IMG/VR virus record: IMGVR_UViG_3300023099_000120
Coordinates: 1-51,168 of that record
Reading direction: 5' to 3' (one strand)
Length of the DNA: 51,168 bases
Origin: a virus
Taxonomy: Duplodnaviria; Caudoviricetes
This document shows, in pieces, positions 44,640-51,168 of this stretch. How positions within the stretch are numbered: position 1 is the stretch's first letter; each line of letters opens with the position of its first letter. The position numbers and the translations under genes were made by a program. The notes under the pieces are model-generated. The model searched no databases, had not been told where the DNA came from, and was given only the letters and a program-made list of their open reading frames with translations.

Positions 44640-47456
44640 ATGAGCTTTCAATCCTTTATTACTCAACAAGTCGCTGCATTAACTGAAAGATTAAATGCAA
44701 TTGCAAGTAATGCTAAGAAAATCATCGAATTACCGTGGCAATCAGTTTTGCGTCCAGAATCTGAAATTCATGTAAGTGATGGCGGTACATCATTTAAAAT
44801 TAAGATTCAACAAATATTTGATTGGTTTTATTCAATTCGTCAAAATCAAGTATTATCAGCTAATATTTCTGTTCTAGTAAACGAGGTGAAGGTTGCATCC
44901 GGCGCACAATGGATCATAGGCAATGTAAATTATTCAACAATTAGTGATACTTCATTCACTATTGAATATGCTGAAGATGGTTATACCCGAAATGATATTT
45001 TGGTTGCTGACAAAAACAATCACATCGTTCGTGTCATTGGCCCTGAAACAGTAGGAATTTCGCCGACTCCGCCAACTCCAATTGATACCGTATTAGTTAC
45101 AATTATTAATATTACAGATGCAACGATTGGTAATACACCACCGATAATAGGAGGAGATTACGAGAAAGTGATCAATAAACAAAACTCTTTGGCAGTTGAT
45201 GGGAGCGGAACTAAATATCCTACGGTTGATGCGGTGAATGCAGGTCTAGCTGCAATTGTAGTTCCTGATGCTACGACAGTTGTAAAAGGAATTGTAAAAC
45301 TTGCGGGCGATCTTGGAGGTACAGCTGATGCGCCAACAACTCCAACAGCACTGCATAGAACAGGTAACGAAAGTTGGACAGGTCAAAAAAGTGCTGCAAA
45401 TAGCAATGCCGTTGGAAATGCAAATTTATTACAAATAAATAATAATTATAGCACAAACCCTAACGGTAAGTCTTTTGCTTTGACGTCAGGTTCTACTTCT
45501 AATTCTGTATTAATGGGAGTTAGTTTGCAATCTCCTTTGGGAGGTAAAGGTATTGAAATAGTAAGCACGGTAAACAGTACAATTAAACCTATTTCGTTAG
45601 TCAATAATGCTACAGAAGTATTAAGCATTGATAAACTAGGTAATATTACAACTACTGGAAATGTAATTTCAGCAACACCAACTGCTGGAAATCATTTAGT
45701 AACAAAAGCATATGCTGATAACTTAGTTGTTGGATTATTGAATCTTAGGGGGTCTTATAATGCTTCTACCAATTTATATCCATCTACTGGAGGAAGTGGA
45801 GTTTCAGGAGCAATTCAAAAAGGAGATTTATGGTTCGTATCTGTTCCCGGAACTTTATCGGGTAGAGTAGTAAATAATGGAGATAGTTTTGTGGCTTTAT
45901 CAGATGCTCCAGGTCAAACGTTTACAAATTGGAATGTTATGGAATCTAACATTGGATATGTTCCCGCTGATGATTCTAATGTACTGCATAAAACAGGTAA
46001 CGAAACATTCTCCGGGATTAAAACCGTAACAAGTGCGAACGGATCTGTTAACGGTCTTACTGTAGTAAACAATGCTACGCTAGTGGGAGGAGGCGGTGGA
46101 TCGTTGGCGGTATTAAATACAAATACTGATGCCGGTGTAAAAGTTGAAAACACCGGTCTGGGTATTGGTTTATACTCCAATAATAACACAAACGGGAACG
46201 GCTCCGCGATAGTGGCAGATAATAACTCTCCATCGGGAACGGGGTTTAACTATGAAGGTAGAAATAGCACTGTAAGAACTTTTTCAGTTAATAGATTGGG
46301 TGATGTTGTTGGAAACAAATTCACAAAAACAGGAGGATTAGCAACCGAATATTTAAAAGCAGATGGATCAGTATCTACATTAACAAACCCAATTACAGGA
46401 ACAGGCGCAAGTGGTCAAATTTCTTATTTTAATGGTGTGTCTTCTCAGGCAGGAAATGCAAACTTTATTTGGGATAATACTAATGGACGTTTAGGATTGG
46501 GAACACCTAGCCCAACATCGAAGTTACATTTAGTAGTTCCAAATTCAGATGGTATTTCTGTAGAAAGTTCAAATAGCGGATTAATAGAAATAAGAAAAAC
46601 CGGAGGCGCAAGATGGAGATTTCAAAATGATTTAAATTCGGTAAACGGTTTAGAGTTATTGTACGGGAATAATATAACCCCTACTCAGTCTATGATTATG
46701 TTTCAAAACGACGGTAACGTTGGAATTGGAACAACAACCCCCACAAAAAAATTAGAAGTTAATGGTACTATTAGAGCAAACACAGTCCTTATGGCGGGTA
46801 GAGATAATGTTGTAGGTGATAAATTTATAATCTTAGAATCGTCTACAGATGGAAAAACACCTTCTATTAATTCTTATTTAGCCGGTACAGGAGTTACAGA
46901 TATTGCCATACAAAGAGACGGTGGAAATGTAGGTATAGGAACTACTAACCCTGCGGTTAAATTAGATGTAAGGGGTAAATTTATTGTAGCAAATGATGAT
47001 TTTGTATTAGGTTCTATCGGTTCCTTACTTCAAATAGACCAGGGTGCAACATCAGGTAATACTTATTCAAGAATAGGAGCTTACAATATAGGAGGTACTA
47101 ATCCTACAAATCTTGTTCTAAGTGCCGATGGAGGAAATGTTTTGATAGGAACTACTACAGGTAACGGAAGTACGTTAAACGTTGCGGGAACAGTAAGTGC
47201 TACAGGTTATAAAATTTTAGTTGTTGATGTTGCCGATACAGCCTTTAATAACACACCAGTCTCAAGTCAAAGAACTACTGCTAGTTCATCTATTGATATA
47301 GGCTTTGGTACAGGAGAAACTATTCTTGAAAGTTTTGTGTTCAGTACATCAGATTACGGAATGCAAAGAATAACCTATACAAATGTAGCTCTACAAAATA
47401 GAATTTTTATCAGAAGTAAAGCAGGCGGAACTTGGTCAGCGTGGGTTGAAAAATAA
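44640..47456 (+). CDS. Tail fibre/receptor-binding protein
   Basis: G/T/N/S-rich; DAT...KG.VKLAGDL; LH(R/K)TGNE twice; GNVGIGTT.P repeats; C-terminal R...GGTWSAW. Confidence 0.85.
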   Translation: MSFQSFITQQVAALTERLNAIASNAKKIIELPWQSVLRPESEIHVSDGGTSFKIKIQQIFDWFYSIRQNQVLSANISVLVNEVKVASGAQWIIGNVNYSTISDTSFTIEYAEDGYTRNDILVADKNNHIVRVIGPETVGISPTPPTPIDTVLVTIINITDATIGNTPPIIGGDYEKVINKQNSLAVDGSGTKYPTVDAVNAGLAAIVVPDATTVVKGIVKLAGDLGGTADAPTTPTALHRTGNESWTGQKSAANSNAVGNANLLQINNNYSTNPNGKSFALTSGSTSNSVLMGVSLQSPLGGKGIEIVSTVNSTIKPISLVNNATEVLSIDKLGNITTTGNVISATPTAGNHLVTKAYADNLVVGLLNLRGSYNASTNLYPSTGGSGVSGAIQKGDLWFVSVPGTLSGRVVNNGDSFVALSDAPGQTFTNWNVMESNIGYVPADDSNVLHKTGNETFSGIKTVTSANGSVNGLTVVNNATLVGGGGGSLAVLNTNTDAGVKVENTGLGIGLYSNNNTNGNGSAIVADNNSPSGTGFNYEGRNSTVRTFSVNRLGDVVGNKFTKTGGLATEYLKADGSVSTLTNPITGTGASGQISYFNGVSSQAGNANFIWDNTNGRLGLGTPSPTSKLHLVVPNSDGISVESSNSGLIEIRKTGGARWRFQNDLNSVNGLELLYGNNITPTQSMIMFQNDGNVGIGTTTPTKKLEVNGTIRANTVLMAGRDNVVGDKFIILESSTDGKTPSINSYLAGTGVTDIAIQRDGGNVGIGTTNPAVKLDVRGKFIVANDDFVLGSIGSLLQIDQGATSGNTYSRIGAYNIGGTNPTNLVLSADGGNVLIGTTTGNGSTLNVAGTVSATGYKILVVDVADTAFNNTPVSSQRTTASSSIDIGFGTGETILESFVFSTSDYGMQRITYTNVALQNRIFIRSKAGGTWSAWVEK

Positions 47457-47477
47457 AATAAATAACAAAAAGCGAAA

Positions 47478-47897
47478 ATGATTTTAAAATATATACCTGA
47501 TGGTAGTTTGGTAATTGGATTACTAATTATGTGTGCTTTAGATTTTGTGTTTGGGGTTACAAAAGCAACATTGACAAAAACTATTAGAACTTCGAAAGGG
47601 TTCAGAAAGACATTTACCAAATTCACTCAATATGGAGGTGCTATTGTGATGGGAATAGTTCTTTTAAATATAAAAAGCGTTAGCGATAGCAGATTTGGAA
47701 GTGAATACTCGAGTCTATTTGGGGATTCGATGATAAGTATAATGATTTACATTGAAGTTGTTTCGATTTTGGAAAACATGGAAGTCATAGGAAAAGATAC
47801 TGATTTTGTAAAATATTTTATCAGACCAGTTCGACGATTAATCACTTTTCAAGTAAAAAATTTATTCTCTGATACAGGGAATATAATAACTAAATAA
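47478..47897 (+). CDS. Holin (phage holin family 4-like)
   Basis: TM helices, LDF..GV.KA, S.G.RK...K, EV.SILEN. Confidence 0.88.
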   Translation: MILKYIPDGSLVIGLLIMCALDFVFGVTKATLTKTIRTSKGFRKTFTKFTQYGGAIVMGIVLLNIKSVSDSRFGSEYSSLFGDSMISIMIYIEVVSILENMEVIGKDTDFVKYFIRPVRRLITFQVKNLFSDTGNIITK

Positions 47898-47906
47898 TTT
47901 ATAAAA

Positions 47907-48383
47907 ATGGACAAAGCTACAGAACAAAGAATTGCGCAATTGCATCCAAATATTCGTCAAGAAGTTACCAATATCATTAACGAATGTAATCGTTCACTTA
48001 CTGGGAGAGCACAAGTGAGAATTTCTCAAGGTTTGAGGACATTTAAAGAACAGGATGATCTTTACGCGATAGGTAGAACTAAGCCAGGGAAAATAGTAAC
48101 GAATGCCAAAGGTAGTCAATCGATCCATAATTATGGTTTCGCGGTCGATATCGTGTTGATCATTGATGGTATGACGGCTTCATGGGACACTGCAAAAGAC
48201 TGGGATGGAGATAAGATCTCGGATTGGACAGAGTGTGTAAACATATTTAAAAAATCTGGTTGGTCCTGGGGCGGTGATTGGAAAACGTTTAAAGATCTTC
48301 CACACTTTGACAAAAAAGGATTTTCTGACTGGAAAGTCCTAAGCAAGCTTAAACGAGATAAAAATAACTACGTAATTATCTAA
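47907..48383 (+). CDS. Endolysin, M15 family (L-Ala-D-Glu peptidase-like)
   Basis: G.RT..EQ..LY..GRT.PG.IVTNA.G.QS.HNYG.AVD, WGGDW..FKD.PHF. Confidence 0.93.
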   Translation: MDKATEQRIAQLHPNIRQEVTNIINECNRSLTGRAQVRISQGLRTFKEQDDLYAIGRTKPGKIVTNAKGSQSIHNYGFAVDIVLIIDGMTASWDTAKDWDGDKISDWTECVNIFKKSGWSWGGDWKTFKDLPHFDKKGFSDWKVLSKLKRDKNNYVII

Positions 48384-48384
48384 T

Positions 48385-49002
48385 ATGCAGCTATCATTAA
48401 TAATTCAGAATATAAAAACTCTTTTGATCGGTGTAGCAATTGTTGCTGTTGTTTGGTTTTATAAAGATTATACTTTTCAAAAATCTGAAAATGAACGACA
48501 AACTGAAAATGCTAACCAAGTTCGAAAGCAAGATAGTTTGCATTTTGCAAGTCAATTATTGTCAAAAGATGAACTAAGCGATTATCTGCAGTATGAAAAT
48601 TCAGATTTGAAAAAGAAGCTTGTTAATGCTGGAATAAAAGAAAGTAGAATTAAAAGTATAATTTCCCAAACTTTAAAGTACCGAGATACCACAAAAAGAG
48701 AAACTGATGTTTCCGGATTAGTTGAAGCAATTAAAAATCGCATTCCTAGATCTCAATCCTGGAGTGACACAACAAAATGCATGACCGTAAGCGGAGTTGC
48801 TTCTTTTGACGGACAGAAACTCAAGGTTGTCGTAATTGATCGCCAGTTCAATAATAAATCGGATGCAGTTGCTTATTGGGAGCGCAGGGAGTGGAGTTTT
48901 TTAGGAATTAAGACTCGTTTTCTAGGTAAGAAGCAATTTACTTCTAAAGTATTTGATGAATGCGGAGAAAGCCGGACAATGAAAATTGAAAAGAAAAAAT
49001 AA
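48385..49002 (+). CDS. Spanin-like lysis accessory protein
   Basis: N-terminal TM and periplasmic helical region directly after the endolysin. Confidence 0.55.
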   Translation: MQLSLIIQNIKTLLIGVAIVAVVWFYKDYTFQKSENERQTENANQVRKQDSLHFASQLLSKDELSDYLQYENSDLKKKLVNAGIKESRIKSIISQTLKYRDTTKRETDVSGLVEAIKNRIPRSQSWSDTTKCMTVSGVASFDGQKLKVVVIDRQFNNKSDAVAYWERREWSFLGIKTRFLGKKQFTSKVFDECGESRTMKIEKKK

Positions 49003-49004
49003 TA

Positions 49005-49141
49005 TCCTGGAGGTGTAAATAAAAATATCCTCCAACAAATAAAAACACTTCTCACGGTAATTTATATTTAGCACAAGCCAGCGTTGGAGGACAGAAGTCT
49101 TCTATGCTGGCTTTGTTATTTTAATAAATTCCGTGAGAGGT
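49005..49141 (+). promoter_or_regulatory. Structured RNA leader (long hairpin with alternative pairings)
   Basis: 49047-49057 pairs with 49131-49141 and the helix continues to a short loop near 49093-49096; TCCTCCAAC (49028-49036) is complementary to GTTGGAGGA (49083-49091). Confidence 0.7.
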
Positions 49142-49179
49142 ACAAATGTAATAATCATCAATCATCAATCAAAGAACAA

Positions 49180-49830
49180 ATGGAATTAAAAATCAACAAG
49201 TATCATGAAATACTAAATACTATTATTAGTAAAGGAAAACGTCAAGAAAATAAGAAAGGATCTATAACATATTTACTAAATCAAGTAATTGTTTTTAAGC
49301 CTATCGACTTATTGGATCTTTTTGAGAGTCATGCTGTTGCGAAAAAGAAATTAAAAGACGAATTGGTTTTATTTATGGCAGGGGAACGTTCAACTGAGGC
49401 TTATCGTGAAATTGGTGTATCATGGTGGGATTATTGCGGGCCGATATTAGTAAATAGCTATCCAACATACTTTGAGCAGTTGCCGAAGCTCATTGAAAAA
49501 ATCAAAAGTGAAAAAAGAACTTCTAAGAATTATGTTTTGTTTTTGGGCGCAAATAATACTGAAAGTAATCAGCAGCCATGTTTAAGTTTAATACAGTTTC
49601 AAATCGATAAAGGTAAACTTATAATTAGCGCTTATCAACGAAGTTCAGATGCAAGTTTAGGATTGCCTTCCGATATTTATCATTTATACCTTATTAGCAA
49701 ACAGATAGATCTAGAATTAAAAAGTATAACGATTTTTTTAGGTAATGTCCATATTTATGAAAATAATTTAAAATCGACCAAGCAATTACTTAAAGGAGTG
49801 CCAGCGACATTTAACTTGAATGTCGGTTAA
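49180..49830 (+). CDS. Thymidylate synthase-family protein, divergent (216 aa)
   Basis: QPC..LIQF, YQRSSD..LGLPSD, GNVHIY; the ATG at 49180 is preferred to the TTG at 49084 buried in the hairpin. Confidence 0.88.
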   Translation: MELKINKYHEILNTIISKGKRQENKKGSITYLLNQVIVFKPIDLLDLFESHAVAKKKLKDELVLFMAGERSTEAYREIGVSWWDYCGPILVNSYPTYFEQLPKLIEKIKSEKRTSKNYVLFLGANNTESNQQPCLSLIQFQIDKGKLIISAYQRSSDASLGLPSDIYHLYLISKQIDLELKSITIFLGNVHIYENNLKSTKQLLKGVPATFNLNVG

Positions 49831-49848
49831 ACTTAAAGTTTCGATAAT

Positions 49849-49886
49849 AGAAAAAGCAATCATTACTGATCGCTTTTTCTTTTTTT
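49849..49886. terminator. Bidirectional terminator
   Basis: AGAAAAAGC...GCTTTTTCT followed by a T-tract, between convergent genes. Confidence 0.75.
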
Positions 49887-50007
49887 CCAGCTATCGTTGT
49901 GATATTTATTGCTAGGATGTCCTTGAAACTTTTTAACTAGCAATGCTACTACAAGGACAATTACTGCTACTGTTATTAAAATGTCGGATAATTCCATTTG
50001 AAAATTT

Positions 50008-51168
50008 TTAAAAGTCCGGTGACTTTTCCATAATTTGGTTTCTATTTACTTCTTTTACAACTTTTGCATATCTCAAGGTCATCATTTTTGAGGTGTGGCC
50101 GTATAGTTCACGAAGAGCATCAAGTTCTACGCCTGCCAGAATTTTTTTGTTTGCTCCAAGATGTTTTAACGAATACATGTTGACATTTATTTTAAGTCCG
50201 TCAATAATTAATTTTCTCCATAATTTAGAAGCACAATCTCTATTCAATCTTCGCGGCCCAGGAATGAAATCTAAATCTTTTTTTAAGCCACGATTTGTAA
50301 ATTCTCTTTTTGAGCCAAATACAAAATATTCATCTGGATAATCCGAAAGCTTCATTTCTTCAAAATAATTTTTCAGAAAGGGGTTTAATGGAACTATTCT
50401 TTCGATATCGGTCTTTGTTATTTCCGGAGGTAATACAATTTGTGATTTTTGTAGATTGATCATCTTTAATTTAATATGCAAAAGTTCTTCAGGTCTGATT
50501 CCGGTATGAAAGATCGAAATTATGTAAACGTAAAAACTCGGGAATTCAACAAGGATTTTTTCCTTTATTAGTTTCACTTCTTCATCAGTTGCCGGAGTGA
50601 AAGCGGTAATTTCGCCAACCTTTAAAGATTTTATCCCGTGCGCTGGGTTATTCTCTATTATATCCCATTGCATCAGTTCAGACAAAATTGCCTTTAGATA
50701 ACCTAAATTTTTATTGAATGATTTATTCGACCACTTTCGCTGCTCTTTTGTTTTCTCGATAATTAATTTTATATGGATCCTTTTAGTATCGGCTACAAGA
50801 AGTTTCGTCATATTAGTAGCTTTTAAAGCTTCCTTTATGAACTTGACTGTGCTTTTATAACCACAAAGAGTTTTGCTTCCTAGATTTGGCGTTTTCTTTT
50901 CAATAGCAAAATCTAAAGCTTCACTAAACGTCAGGCAGCTAAAATTATTTACTACATCCGGAACATTTGGATTCCATCCTTCTTTGAGTTTTTGAAGTAA
51001 AGCATCACAAATTATATTTGCTTCGGCTTCTCTTTTCTTAAGATTTGTAATGTAGTTTATTCCGTATTTGTAACGGAAGAGTTTGCCGCTATATCTAAAA
51101 AAGACAAACCACGGCTTTGAAAGATCGTCATACTTGACAAGCTTTGGGATTGTGTAAATTGATTTCAT
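50008..51168 (-). CDS. int: Tyrosine integrase
   Basis: TGIRPEE, TKT, YSLKH, GHT, RY catalytic motifs (Bacteroidota-type). Confidence 0.95.
   Translation of the reverse strand: MKSIYTIPKLVKYDDLSKPWFVFFRYSGKLFRYKYGINYITNLKKREAEANIICDALLQKLKEGWNPNVPDVVNNFSCLTFSEALDFAIEKKTPNLGSKTLCGYKSTVKFIKEALKATNMTKLLVADTKRIHIKLIIEKTKEQRKWSNKSFNKNLGYLKAILSELMQWDIIENNPAHGIKSLKVGEITAFTPATDEEVKLIKEKILVEFPSFYVYIISIFHTGIRPEELLHIKLKMINLQKSQIVLPPEITKTDIERIVPLNPFLKNYFEEMKLSDYPDEYFVFGSKREFTNRGLKKDLDFIPGPRRLNRDCASKLWRKLIIDGLKINVNMYSLKHLGANKKILAGVELDALRELYGHTSKMMTLRYAKVVKEVNRNQIMEKSPDF

Larger units (their letters stand above)
1..51168. mobile_element. Temperate siphovirus-like prophage of a Bacteroidota (Flavobacterium-like) host
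   Basis: Ordered replication, packaging, HK97-type head, tape measure, tail, lysis and integrase modules. Boundaries and att sites are not visible in the window. Confidence 0.95.

Noticed and set aside
49084-49179. N-terminal extension of the ThyA-like ORF from TTG 49084
   Set aside because: Lies inside the hairpin and has no ThyA-like residues; ATG 49180 has a typical A-rich context
50145-50180. Integrase YSLKH in place of HxLRH as a sign of inactivation
   Set aside because: This variant is common in Bacteroidota integrases and the other catalytic residues are present
1-51168. CRISPR array, DGR or retron reverse transcriptase, tRNA, att core repeats, CI repressor, stop-codon recoding
   Set aside because: None seen by eye; genes read fully in the standard bacterial code, and the repressor and att sites probably lie outside the window

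Overview
An AT-rich temperate siphovirus-like prophage, nearly complete, from a Bacteroidota host (most likely Flavobacterium: TAnnTTTG -7 promoters, no Shine-Dalgarno sites, host-type DnaN, a DUF3109 fragment). Layout: early/recombination/replication genes (Cro-like HTH, Rad50/SbcC-like ATPase, RecT, MBL nuclease, SF2 helicase, initiator with iterons, DnaC-like loader, RuvC-like, PcfK/PcfJ, beta clamp; 1-16.2 kb); an accessory island with its own promoters and terminators (membrane proteins, SRAP operon, small ORFs, a decayed host gene; 16.2-23.9 kb); packaging, head, tail and lysis (24-49 kb); a variant thymidylate synthase; and a tyrosine integrase at the right edge. No CI repressor or att site is visible, and they probably lie outside the window. 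Main observations: (1) an almost identical palindrome resembling the Flavobacteriaceae Fur box sits at the same distance from the promoters of both the head/tail operon and the tail-fibre/lysis operon, suggesting iron-gated virion production; (2) a ThyA homologue with the Asn-to-Asp change associated with dCMP specificity lies behind a switch-like 95-nt hairpin, and the phage also encodes a Mu Com-like zinc ribbon; (3) the portal gene appears to start at an ATA codon; (4) a stand-alone 12-codon transcription unit. All product calls come from motif recognition by eye; no database search was run.
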